Position numbers and translations under genes: made by a program. The notes under the pieces were generated by a model. It saw nothing but the letters and a program-made list of their open reading frames with translations. It was not told where the DNA came from and searched no databases. From positions 1,807,959 to 1,871,958 of the forward strand of contig CBDHCD010000003.1 in NCBI GenBank assembly GCA_965260995.1: a stretch of DNA of 64,000 nt, in the 5' to 3' direction. Shown one piece after another: positions 9,653 to 19,100 of this stretch (within the stretch, counting starts at the first letter, position 1; every line of letters starts with the position of its first letter). Source of the stretch: Acetobacteraceae bacterium (GTDB taxonomy: Bacteria > Pseudomonadota > Alphaproteobacteria > Acetobacterales > Acetobacteraceae).

Positions 9653-10819
9653 TCATCCAGTCTCGATCCTCAGCCCGTCCGGAGCGCGGCCCGGTGGCGG
9701 CAGCACGAGCGGGGCATTGCCAGGGTTGATGCGCCCCAGAATGCGGGGAACGCGTGATCCGGTCGCGCCCAGCACCACGCCGGGGACGCCGTGCCAAGTC
9801 AGGAACCCGAGCAGGGCAAAGAGGTAGGCTTCCTTGCCGTTTGCCGGGAGCCCGCGTTGCTCGCTAGTGGTGAGCGGGATCGGAGCAAGGCGGGCGGCGA
9901 GGCGGGCCATGAGCGCCGGGTTGCGGGTGCCGCCGCCGGAAGCGACGACTTCGGTCGTCCTCATGGCTCGGCAAGCGTCGGCCACCGTGACGGCTGTCAG
10001 TTCGACAAGCGTGGCGATCAGGTCAGGCAACGCGATGGCCGGCAAGCCGCCTAGGCGGTCAGCAACATAACCGGTGCGGAACAGCTCGCGGCCGGTGCTC
10101 TTGGGCGGCGGCAGGGCGTAATAGGGATCGGCGAGCAGGTGGGCGAGCAGGTCCTCGCGCACCGTCCCCGCCCGCGCCTGGGCGCCGTCGTCGTCGCGTG
10201 GGCGCCCGGTGGCCGCCAGCATCTCGGCATCCATCAGGCAGTTCGCCGGGCCGGTGTCGAAGGCGAGCACGGGGTCGCCGGCCCGGCCGACCAACGTCAC
10301 GTTGGCGATGCCGCCGAGGTTGAGGGCGGCGCGCGGACCGCCGTCGCCGGCCAGCCAGAGGGCGTCGAGCGTGCTGGCCAACGGTGCGCCGTGGCCGCCG
10401 GCGGCGACGTCGCGGGCGCGGAAATCGCTGATCACGGGCAGGCCGGTGCGCTCGGCGATGATGGCGGGCTGGCCGATCTGCAAGGTGCCGCGGGCGCGGC
10501 CGGCGTCGATCCAGTGGAACACCGTCTGGCCGTGCGAGGCGATGAGAGCGGCACCATCCCCGCCCAGGTGCGCGATGCCCCAGGCTGCGGCGGCGGCGAA
10601 TGCCTCACCCGCCAGCGTGTCGAGCTGGCACAGCGCCTCCGCCGAACAGGAGGCGGGCGGGAGGGCGGCGATCAGGCGCTCTCGAACAGCGCATGGCCAG
10701 GGGCGTTCGGCGTGGCCGAGCGGGCGCAGGGCAATGATGCTGCCGTCCCAGCTGAGGTCGGCCGCGGCGACGTCGATGGCGTCCACGGACGTGCCGGAGA
10801 TCAGGCCGAGAACGATCAC
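9653..10819 (-). CDS. anmK: Anhydro-N-acetylmuramic acid kinase
   Basis: 388 aa with N-terminal 'GLISGTSVDAIDVAAADL', '...GPANCLMD...' and 'GGGTRNPALM'. Confidence 0.93.
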   Translation of the reverse strand: MIVLGLISGTSVDAIDVAAADLSWDGSIIALRPLGHAERPWPCAVRERLIAALPPASCSAEALCQLDTLAGEAFAAAAAWGIAHLGGDGAALIASHGQTVFHWIDAGRARGTLQIGQPAIIAERTGLPVISDFRARDVAAGGHGAPLASTLDALWLAGDGGPRAALNLGGIANVTLVGRAGDPVLAFDTGPANCLMDAEMLAATGRPRDDDGAQARAGTVREDLLAHLLADPYYALPPPKSTGRELFRTGYVADRLGGLPAIALPDLIATLVELTAVTVADACRAMRTTEVVASGGGTRNPALMARLAARLAPIPLTTSEQRGLPANGKEAYLFALLGFLTWHGVPGVVLGATGSRVPRILGRINPGNAPLVLPPPGRAPDGLRIETG

Positions 10820-12633
10820 GCGAGTGCCTCCCGGACACGGCCTCGGGCTTGGTCGAGGCGGCGGACGGCTTCGGCGGCGTCGACGTTGGCCAGGAGCATG
10901 ACCAGGGCGGGCTTGACCCGGCCGCTGGCCGCGGTGAGGGCGCGGGCGCAGTCGGCCTCCGTCGCGCCGGTGATCTCGCGCACCATGCGGGCGGCGCGGC
11001 GGCGAAGCTTGTCGTTGGTGGTCTGCACGTCGACCATGCGGTTGCCGTAGGCTTTGCCGAGCGCCAGCATCGCGCTGGTGCTGAGGGCGTTGAGGACGAT
11101 CTTCTGGCTGGTGCCCGCGAGCATGCGGGTGCTGCCGGCGATGGGCTCGGGGCCGGTGAGGACCTCGATGGCGAGGGCGGCGGCCTGGGCGGCAGGACTC
11201 GCGGGGTTGTTGACGACGGCGACGGTCAGTGCGCCGCGGGCCCGGGCATGGCGGAGGCCGGCGACGACGAACGGGGTTCGACCAGAGGCAGCGATGCCGA
11301 CCACCGCGTCTCCGGCGTCGAGGCGGTGGGCGTCGAGGGCGACGGCGGCGGCGTGTTCGTCGTCCTCGGCGCCTTCAATCGCACGGCGCATCGCGGCGTC
11401 GTCGCCGGCGAGGATGGGGATGACCAAACCGTCCGGAGCGTTGTAGGTGGGCGCCAGCTCGGCGGCGTCGAGGGCGGCGAGGCGGCCGGGCGTGCCCGCG
11501 CCGAGGTAGAACAGGCGACCCCCGGCCCGCATCCGGGCGGCGACCGCGTCGGCGGCGGCGGCGAGTTGCGGGATGGCGGCGGCGAGGGCGGCGCGGGCGT
11601 CGATCTCGGCCTCGGCGACGAAGCGGGCGACGGTGGCGGGTGGGCGCTGGTCGAGGTCGTCGAGGCCGGGGCGGACGGCTTCGGTGGCGAGGTGGTCCAG
11701 AGTATGCACGGGTTCTGCGGCGCGGCGGCGAATGATCTGTGCCTCGTGCGGCAGGTCGGTGCGGTCGGCGAGGAGGCGCGCGCCGTCGAGGGCCGTGCCT
11801 CGGGGCGGAACGCGACGCAACCCCGCCGCGGCCAAGTGTTCGTCCAACCAGCCCATCAGGGGCGGGCCGAGCTGGGTAAGGCCGCCGACGACCGTGCACG
11901 GCGCATCGGGCGGGAGGGCAGCGGCGGCGCTGCGGGCGGTCGCGGCCAGGTGCGCGGCCGCTTGGCGTAGGATATCGGTGGCCACCATGTCTCCAGCCGC
12001 GGCCGTCATGGCGACGGCGGGAGCGAAGCGGGCGGCGGATCGAGGCCCGTCGATGGCCGCCGGCCAGGACTCAAGTGGGCCGAGCATCCGTTCCGCTGCC
12101 GGCCGGAGCGCCGTGGCGGGTCCCCTCCCCTCCTCAGCCCGCAGCGCCGCGCGCAGGCCTCGGGCGCCGATCCACGCGCCGCTGCCCTCGTCGCCGAGGA
12201 GCGGCCCCCAACCATCTGCCCGGCGCAGCGTGCCGCCACCTAGGGCGAGCGCCACACTGCCGGTGCCGATGGCGAGGGTGACGCCGCCGCCGCCGGCGAA
12301 CGCCCCGGCATGGGAGGTGATGGAGTCGCTGGTCACGGCGACGCCGCGAGCCGGCAAGGACGCGGCCAGGCGTTCGGCCAACTGCGCCGCCGCGCCGGAG
12401 GCCGAGAGCGCGCCGGCCGCGCCGATGCAGGCACGGTCGAGATGATCGAGATCGGCGGCACGCAGCAGCGGACGGGCGACGGCGAGCACGGCAACTTCGG
12501 CGGCGGCGACGCCACCGGGGGCGGCCAAGCCTGGCGCGCCCGCGCCTTCGGCCTCGGTGCGGGTGTTGCCAAGCCAGAGGGCGGCGCGGCAGCCGGTCTT
12601 GCCGAGGTCAACCGCGAGGACGGCTTCAGACAT
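10816..12633 (-). CDS. murQ: Fusion protein: BadF/BadG/BcrA/BcrD-type sugar kinase (N-terminal) joined to N-acetylmuramic acid 6-phosphate etherase MurQ (C-terminal SIS domain)
   Basis: The N-terminal part, 'AVLAVDLGKTGCRAAL...GDEGSGAWIG', is BadF-type ATPase-like. The C-terminal ~300 aa, 'LDHLATE...GRLFYLGAGTPGRLAALDAAE...GIAASGRTPFV...AGSTRMLAGTSQKIVLNALST...NRMVDVQTTNDKL', is MurQ. I chose ATG 12633, which overlaps the nagA stop in ATGTCTGA. The track ORF extends to 12795. Confidence 0.85.
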   Translation of the reverse strand: MSEAVLAVDLGKTGCRAALWLGNTRTEAEGAGAPGLAAPGGVAAAEVAVLAVARPLLRAADLDHLDRACIGAAGALSASGAAAQLAERLAASLPARGVAVTSDSITSHAGAFAGGGGVTLAIGTGSVALALGGGTLRRADGWGPLLGDEGSGAWIGARGLRAALRAEEGRGPATALRPAAERMLGPLESWPAAIDGPRSAARFAPAVAMTAAAGDMVATDILRQAAAHLAATARSAAAALPPDAPCTVVGGLTQLGPPLMGWLDEHLAAAGLRRVPPRGTALDGARLLADRTDLPHEAQIIRRRAAEPVHTLDHLATEAVRPGLDDLDQRPPATVARFVAEAEIDARAALAAAIPQLAAAADAVAARMRAGGRLFYLGAGTPGRLAALDAAELAPTYNAPDGLVIPILAGDDAAMRRAIEGAEDDEHAAAVALDAHRLDAGDAVVGIAASGRTPFVVAGLRHARARGALTVAVVNNPASPAAQAAALAIEVLTGPEPIAGSTRMLAGTSQKIVLNALSTSAMLALGKAYGNRMVDVQTTNDKLRRRAARMVREITGATEADCARALTAASGRVKPALVMLLANVDAAEAVRRLDQARGRVREALA

Positions 12634-13738
12634 CAACCACCTCGACGCCGCCGATCCAGACGCGGCGAGGACGCCAGTCGTCATCCCAGAGAACGAGGTC
12701 GGCCATCGCGCCGGAAGCGAGGCGGCCGAGGTCGGGGCGACCAATCGCGTCGGCAGGCACTCGGGTGGCGGCGGCGAGGACGAGGGCCGGATCAAGCCCC
12801 GCGGCGATCATCCGGCGGACGCCCTCGTCGAGCAGGGTGCCCGCGCCGCTGATGATGCCGTCGGCGCGGCGAGCGAGGCCGTGCGGGTCGAGCGTGGCGG
12901 CGAGGCCGCCGAAGGACCTGACCGTGCCGGGGGGCAGGCCGGCGAGGAGCATGCTGTCGGAGACCAGGGCGACGCGCCCGGGCGCGGCTTGGAACGCCAG
13001 GCGGCAGGCGAGCGGGTGCGCGTGACAGCCGTCGCCGATGAGGCCGATCGTGAGGCGGCGGTCGGTGAGCGCCGCGCCGGGAACGCCCGGGTCGCGATGG
13101 TGGAAGGGGCGCATGGCGTTGAACAGGTGGGTGACGAGGGTCGCCCCCGCGTTGGTGCCCGCCAGCACCTGCTCGGCGGTGGCGTCGGTATGGCCCAGGG
13201 ACACCTTGACGCCACGGGCGGCGAGGCGGCGGATGGCGTCGAGTGCGCCGGGGCGTTCGGGGGCGATGGTCATCATGGTGAGCGCCGGGTGGGCGAGGAG
13301 CGGGTCGACCCGGTCGGGCGTGGGGTCGGCGAGCCAGTCGGGGCGGTGCGCGCCCCGGCGGGCGTCGCTGAGGAAGGGGCCTTCTAGGTGAGCGCCGAGG
13401 ATACGGGCGACGGGTTCGCGGGCGAACGCCCGCTGGGCAGCGCCACAACGGTCGAGGCTCGCGAGGAGGTCGGGGATCAGGGCGGTGATGCTGGTGGGTT
13501 GGACGGCGGTGGTGCCATGCCGGGCGAAGGCGGCGAGGGCGTGGCGATAGGCTTCGGTGTCCGCGTCGGCGAAGTCGATGCCGAAAGCGCCATTGCTGTG
13601 AATGTCGACCAGGCCGGGGGTCAGGGTGCCCTCTCCTGCCGGTGCGTCGAGCAGGGTGACGACGCGGTCGGCCGTGATTTCGATCGTGCCGGGGCGGATG
13701 TGACCGTCGACGAGGATGCGGGCGGCGGGAACGATCAC
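12626..13738 (-). CDS. nagA: N-acetylglucosamine-6-phosphate deacetylase
   Basis: Contains 'GLVDIHSNGAFG', 'HLEGPFLS', 'VSLGHTDA' and 'THLFNAM'. I chose GTG 13738, preceded by GGAG. The upstream part of the 472-aa track ORF is Arg/Pro-rich and not NagA-like. Confidence 0.9.
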   Translation of the reverse strand: MIVPAARILVDGHIRPGTIEITADRVVTLLDAPAGEGTLTPGLVDIHSNGAFGIDFADADTEAYRHALAAFARHGTTAVQPTSITALIPDLLASLDRCGAAQRAFAREPVARILGAHLEGPFLSDARRGAHRPDWLADPTPDRVDPLLAHPALTMMTIAPERPGALDAIRRLAARGVKVSLGHTDATAEQVLAGTNAGATLVTHLFNAMRPFHHRDPGVPGAALTDRRLTIGLIGDGCHAHPLACRLAFQAAPGRVALVSDSMLLAGLPPGTVRSFGGLAATLDPHGLARRADGIISGAGTLLDEGVRRMIAAGLDPALVLAAATRVPADAIGRPDLGRLASGAMADLVLWDDDWRPRRVWIGGVEVVDV

Positions 13739-14022
13739 GGCGTCTCCGTGACCTCGCGGAGACCATGGCAGGCGTCCGCATCCTCGGCGCGGGCGACGGC
13801 GAGGACAGGCACGAGCGGGTCGAACATGGCCAACCGGCCGTACAGCAGGTCCGCGCCAGAGAAGGCCTGGGCGGAAAGGCAACTCATCTCCATTGGCTTG
13901 AGGGCAGTCTCGCGCGCTGTCGGGTAGGCGCAGCCGCGGGCGGTCGTGACGAGGCCCTGGGCGAAGCGACAGCGGGCAGTGATCTCGGCGGCCATCAGGT
14001 GGCCGGGCTGGTTGGGCCTCAT
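13735..14022 (-). pseudogene. Internal fragment of a GlmS/NagB-II-type SIS-domain sugar-phosphate isomerase/deaminase, either a relic or a residual small ORF
   Basis: 95-aa ORF. 'ARGCAYPTARETALKPMEMSCLSAQAFSGADLLYGRLAMFDPLVPVLAVA' aligns by eye to the GlmS segment '[50 protein letters not shown]'. About 190 aa of upstream SIS sequence and about 100 aa of downstream sequence are missing. It has high GC3 and a GTGA overlap with the nagA start. Confidence 0.5.
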
Positions 14023-14231
14023 GCAGCGAACGTTGGCAGGTCAAGGCGCGGGGCGGGGTGGGTGAGCGACAGCAGCCCGCCCACGGCCAGGAAGACGCCG
14101 CCGAGCGGCACGTGCCAGGCGAAGGCGAGCTTGCAGGTGCTGACGACCCAGGTCATGACGAACACGGCGGAGGCGAAGGCGACCAAGACGTCGCGTTGGT
14201 TGGCCCGGCGCGCCACGAGGCCGAGCAACAC
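14019..14231 (-). CDS. Small hydrophobic ORF (70 aa, about 2 TM), the first ORF of the nagA operon; function unknown
   Basis: High GC3. An ATGA overlap links it to the downstream 95-aa ORF, and a stop codon lies two codons upstream of its GTG (one intervening GTC). I recognise no family, and it could be part of the same gene relic. Confidence 0.3.
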   Translation of the reverse strand: MLLGLVARRANQRDVLVAFASAVFVMTWVVSTCKLAFAWHVPLGGVFLAVGGLLSLTHPAPRLDLPTFAA

Positions 14232-14378
14232 GACCTAGCTCTTGGCATCGGTGAACAGGCGGCAAGGTCGAGCAGGCGCATCGGAGTCTCCAGCGGATGT
14301 CAGGCCGGCTCCGCGCGGCCAGGGTGCCGAGGTGACGCGAAGCGGGGCCGGCGTCAACGCAGCAGTTGCGCGTTGCCA

Positions 14379-14408
14379 GAACGGTTCGTTTTAACCTAAA
14401 CAACGTTC
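14379..14408. promoter_or_regulatory. Imperfect palindrome immediately upstream of the tetR-family gene; candidate operator
   Basis: gaacggttcgttttaacctaaacaacgttc. The outer arms GAACG/CGTTC are perfect and the inner arms GTTT(T)A/TAAAC are imperfect. It ends 4 bp before ATG 14413. Confidence 0.35.
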
Positions 14409-14412
14409 ACTC

Positions 14413-15024
14413 ATGCACGTCAGCCATTCCCCCGCCCGCACCCGGAAGCCGCGCGGTCAAGGTCCCTCCCGCCGGGGAGAGATTCTGGACGCGGCCAAGC
14501 GGCTGTTCCTGCAGGATGGCATCCAGCACGCGACCATGCGGCGGATCGCGGCCGATGTCGGCGTCAGCAGCACGGCGCTTTACGTCTACTTCCCGGACAA
14601 GGTGGCGATCCTGGACGCGATCGCCGAGGCGATGTTCGAGGCGTTGCTGGTCGCGTTCGCGCGCTCGCAAGAGACGGACCAGCCGCCGCTGCTGCGGCTG
14701 CGCGACGGATTGCGCGCCTACGTCGACCTGGCGCTGTCGCGGCCGGACGAATACCGCCTCACGTTCGACGCGACGGCGCCGGGCGCCTGCGGCGACAGCG
14801 AGGCGGCGGACAAGTCGTTCAGCCTGCTGCAGCGGCTGGTCAGCGAGTTGATGGATGCCGGACAGTTCGCGCCGGGCGATCCGCTGGCCGTGGCGGAGGC
14901 GCTGTGGGCCTGCGTGCACGGTGTCGTGATGCTGCTGCTGAACCAGCCGATGTACGTGGAGACTGCCCCCCAGTCCCTGATAGACACTGTTTTGGCGGCC
15001 GCGATCAAAGGTTTTCAATCGTAA
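14413..15024 (+). CDS. TetR/AcrR family transcriptional regulator
   Basis: 203 aa with the N-terminal HTH 'RRGEILDAAKRLFLQDGIQHATMRRIAADVGVSSTALYVYFPDK'. It lies upstream of the RND pump genes. Confidence 0.9.
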   Translation: MHVSHSPARTRKPRGQGPSRRGEILDAAKRLFLQDGIQHATMRRIAADVGVSSTALYVYFPDKVAILDAIAEAMFEALLVAFARSQETDQPPLLRLRDGLRAYVDLALSRPDEYRLTFDATAPGACGDSEAADKSFSLLQRLVSELMDAGQFAPGDPLAVAEALWACVHGVVMLLLNQPMYVETAPQSLIDTVLAAAIKGFQS

Positions 15025-15088
15025 ACTGACCGTTGATAACTGAACATTGTTATGTTACCGGTCGGGGAGATTGAGCAATGGTGACGCC

Positions 15089-16153
15089 ATGCACGTCCGA
15101 CCGGCTTTCCTGATCGCCGCCATGTTGCTCGGGGCTGGGGCGGATGAACCGCCGAAGCCGGTTCGCGTCGCCACCGTCGCCTTACAACCGATCGTTTCCA
15201 CCTTGGCGTTCTCCGGCACCGTGCAGGCGCGGACGCAGGCGGACCTCGGATTCCGGATCGGCGGCAAGGTGGTGGCCCGGCCGGTCGACGTGGGCGATCA
15301 CGTGCGGGCGGGCCAGGTGCTGGCGCGGCTCGACGAGGCGGACCTGAGACTCGGTGAGGAAGCCGCGATGGCGACGTTGCAGGCGGCGGCGGCGGAGGCG
15401 GCGAACGCCCGGGCCGAGCTGGGCCGCTACGAGCAGCTCGGGAGCAAGTCGGCAGCCTATTTGCCGTCCGAGTTCGACAAGCGCGCGGCAGCGAGCCGGA
15501 TGGCCGACGCGCGGGCCGTGCAGGCGGCCCGCCAGCTCGCCTTGGCGCGGAGCCAGCGCGGTTACGGCGTGCTGACGGCGGACGCGGACGGTGTCGTGAC
15601 GGCGTTGCCGGCGCAGGTTGGCCAAGTGGTGGCCGCCGGGCAAACGGTGGCGACGCTGGCGCTGACGGGCGCGATCGAGGTGGCGGCCGACGTGCCGGAG
15701 AACCGGCTGGCCGCGGTGCGCGCGGCGGGGGAGGCGGAGATCACGTTGTGGGCCGCGCCGGACCGCGTGCTGCACGGCCGGGTGCGCGAGATCGGGGCGT
15801 TGGCGGACGCGGCGAGCCGGACCTTCATCGTCAAGGTCGCGATCGAGGATGCGCCGGCCGACAAGATATCGCTTGGCATGACGGCGACGGTGCGGTTCGG
15901 CGAAGCCGGGCCGCCGATGGCGCGGTTGCCGGCGACGGCGCTGACCGACCAGGGCGGCAAGCCGGCGGTTTGGGTGCTGGACGCGGCGAAGCAGCGCGCG
16001 ACGCTGCGTCCCGTCGACGTCGCGGGATACGGCGGCGACGGCAGCGTGCTGGTGCGCGACGGATTGGAGAATGGCGAAACGGTGGTGACGGCGGGGGTCG
16101 GGCAGATCGAGCCGGACGCGGCGCTGGTGGCCTGGCCGGGCGCCGCCCGATGA
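15089..16153 (+). CDS. Efflux RND periplasmic adaptor (membrane fusion protein)
   Basis: Signal-like N-terminus 'MHVRPAFLIAAMLLGAGA', HlyD/MFP-like 'GTVQARTQADLGFRIGGKVV...VGDHVRAGQVLARLD', and a coiled-coil Ala-rich middle. The track ORF starts at TTG 15047. Confidence 0.88.
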   Translation: MHVRPAFLIAAMLLGAGADEPPKPVRVATVALQPIVSTLAFSGTVQARTQADLGFRIGGKVVARPVDVGDHVRAGQVLARLDEADLRLGEEAAMATLQAAAAEAANARAELGRYEQLGSKSAAYLPSEFDKRAAASRMADARAVQAARQLALARSQRGYGVLTADADGVVTALPAQVGQVVAAGQTVATLALTGAIEVAADVPENRLAAVRAAGEAEITLWAAPDRVLHGRVREIGALADAASRTFIVKVAIEDAPADKISLGMTATVRFGEAGPPMARLPATALTDQGGKPAVWVLDAAKQRATLRPVDVAGYGGDGSVLVRDGLENGETVVTAGVGQIEPDAALVAWPGAAR

Positions 16154-19100
16154 GCGGCAACCTGTCCGCCTGGGCGCTGCGGCACCGGGCGCTGACGTTG
16201 TTCGCCATGCTCGCGCTGGCGGTGGGCGGCGCGCTCTCCTACGTCTCGCTCGGGCGGGCGGAGGACCCGGCATTCACCATCAAGGATATGGTGATCGTGA
16301 TCGACTGGCCGGGCGCGTCGGCGGACGAGATGTCGCGCCAGGTCACGGACCGGATCGAGCGCAAGCTGGAGGACCTGCCGCACCTCGACCATACGCAGAG
16401 CCAGACGCAGCCGGGACACGCGGTGGTGCAGGTGACGTTGCGGGACGACACGCCGGCGCGGCAGGTGGCCGGGCTGTTCTACCAGGTGCGCAAGAAGGTT
16501 GGCGACATCCGGGCGACGCTGCCCGATGGGGTGCAAGGCCCCTACTTTAACGACGAGTTCGGCGACACGTACGGCATCCTTTACGCGCTCACGGCGGACG
16601 GCTTCAGCCTGCCGGAGTTGAAGCACGTCGCCGAGGACGTGCGCGAGCGGCTGCTGACCGTGCCCGGCGTCGGCAAGGTGGTGCTGGTCGGCCAGCAGGA
16701 GGAGCGCATCAACATCGACGTGTCCTACCGCAAGCTGGCCAAGCTCGGGCTGACGGTCACGGACGTGTTCAACGCGGTGCGCAAGGAGAATAGCGTCGTC
16801 GCGAGCGGCTTCGTCGATACGCCGCACGACCGCATCCGGGTCCGCACCCAGCCTTCGCTCCAGGCCGCCGATGCGCTGGTCGGGCTGCCGGTGATGGCGG
16901 GCGGGCGCTTGCTGCGGCTCGGCGACATCGCGACGATCAGCCGCGGCACCGTGGATCCGCCGGTCGCGACGATGCGCTACAACGGGCAGCCGGCCTTGGG
17001 CCTGGGCATCAGCATGGCCGAGGGCGGGGACATGCTGGCGTTGGGTAAGCAGGTGGCGAGCCGGATCGCCGAGATCGAGCCGACGCTGCCGCTCGGGGTG
17101 CGCATCGGCAAGCTGAACGACCAAGCCTCGGTGGTGGCGGCCGACGTGGGCGACTTCCAGGAAAGCTTCCTCGAGGCGCTGGTCATCGTGCTGCTGGTCA
17201 GCTTCATCAGCCTCGGGTGGCGCACCGGGATCGTGGTCGCGGTCAGCGTGCCGCTGGTGCTGGCCGGCGTGTTCGTCGGCATGAAGCTGATCGGCATCGA
17301 CCTGCAGCGCATCTCGTTGGGCGCGATGGTGATCGCGCTCGGGCTGCTGGTGGACGACGCGATCATCGCGGTCGAGACGATGACGGTGAAGCTGGAACAG
17401 GGCTGGGACCGGATGCGGGCCGGCAGCTTCGCCTACACCTCGACGGCGTTCCCCATGCTGACCGGGACCCTGGTGACGGCGGCGGGATACCTCCCGGTCG
17501 GGCTCGCCGATTCCAGCACGGGGGAATACACGCAGGACATCTTCCGCGTCGTCGGCATGGCGTTGGTGCTGTCCTGGCTGGTCGCGGTGCTGTTCGTGCC
17601 GTTCTTGGGCGCCGCGCTGCTGCCGGAGCCGAAGCGGCACGAGGTCGAGCATGATGTCTACGGCGGGCGCGTTTACCGGCGGTTCGCCTGCGTCGTGGGC
17701 TGGTGCGTGCGGCGGCGCTGGTGGGTGATCGCGTTGACGGTCATGGCCTTCGGCGTGTCAGTCGCGGGGTTCACGCGGGTGCCGCAGCAATTTTTCCCGG
17801 CGAGCGACCGGCTGGAGGTGCTGATCGACGTGCGGTTGCCGGAAGGCGCTAGTTTCGCCGCCACCGCGGCCGAGGTGACGCGGCTGGAGACCTTGCTGGC
17901 CGGGCAACCCGGCATCGTGTCTTACGCCGCCTACACCGGCACCGGGACGCCGCGCTTCTTCCTCGCGTTCTCGCCCGAACTCGACCAGCCGAACTACGCG
18001 CAGTTCGTCATCAACACCCGTTCGATCGCGGATCGCGAGGCTTTGTTGCGGGTTCTGAACGAGCAACTGGACCGGGGCGCGTTCCCGGACGTGCGGCTGC
18101 GTCCGTCGCGTCTGGAATTGGGGCCGCCGGTCGGTTACCCAGTGCAGTTCCGCGTCATCGGGCCGGACCCGCTCAAGCTTCGCGCGATTGCGGCGGACGT
18201 GCGCCGGGTCATGCGCGGCAACCCGCACGTGCGCAACGTCGGCGACAACTGGGGCCAGTTGGGCAAGCAGGTTTCGTTGCAGCTCGACCAGGACAAGGCG
18301 CGGCGTCTCGGCCTGACCAGCGAGGACGTGGCCACGACTCTGCAAACCCTGCAGCAAGGCGCGACCATCACGCACTACCGGGAGGGGACGGACCAGATCC
18401 CGGTGGTGGCCCGGGCGATCGCGTCGGAGCGGCAGGACCTGGGCGCGATCGGGGATGTGGTGATCACCGGGGCGAATGGCCGCGCGGTGCCGTTGTCGCA
18501 GGTGGCGACGATCCGATGGGAGATGGAGCAGCCGCTGGTGTGGCGGCGCGACCGCACCCCGGCGCTGCTGGTGCGGGCGGACACGACGCCCGGGGTGCAG
18601 GCGCCGGACGCGACGGCGGAGATCGAGCCGTTGCTGGCGCCCATCAAGGCGGCGCTGCCGGCGGACTACCGGATCGAGACAGCAGGGGCGGTGGAGGAGA
18701 GCGCCAAGGGCTCGGCTAGCATCAACAAGGTGATGCCGCTGATGCTGCTGGTGATGCTGACGTTGCTGATGGTGCAGTTGCAGTCGTTCGGGCGGATGCT
18801 GATGGTGGTCGCGACGGCGCCGCTCGGGTTGATCGGGGTAACGGGCGCCTTGCTGATCACGGGTGCGCCGTTCGGCTTCGTCGCGACGCTGGGGTTCATC
18901 GCGCTCGCGGGCATCATCATGCGCAACTCGGTGATCCTGGTCGATCAGATCGAGCAGGATCTGCAGGCCGGGCTCGGGGCGGAGGAGGCGATCGTGGGCG
19001 CGACGGTGCGGCGCTCGCGGCCGATCGTGCTGACCGCGGCGGCGGCGATCCTGGCGTTGCTGCCGCTGGCGTTCTCCGTGTTTTGGGGGCCGATGGCGAT

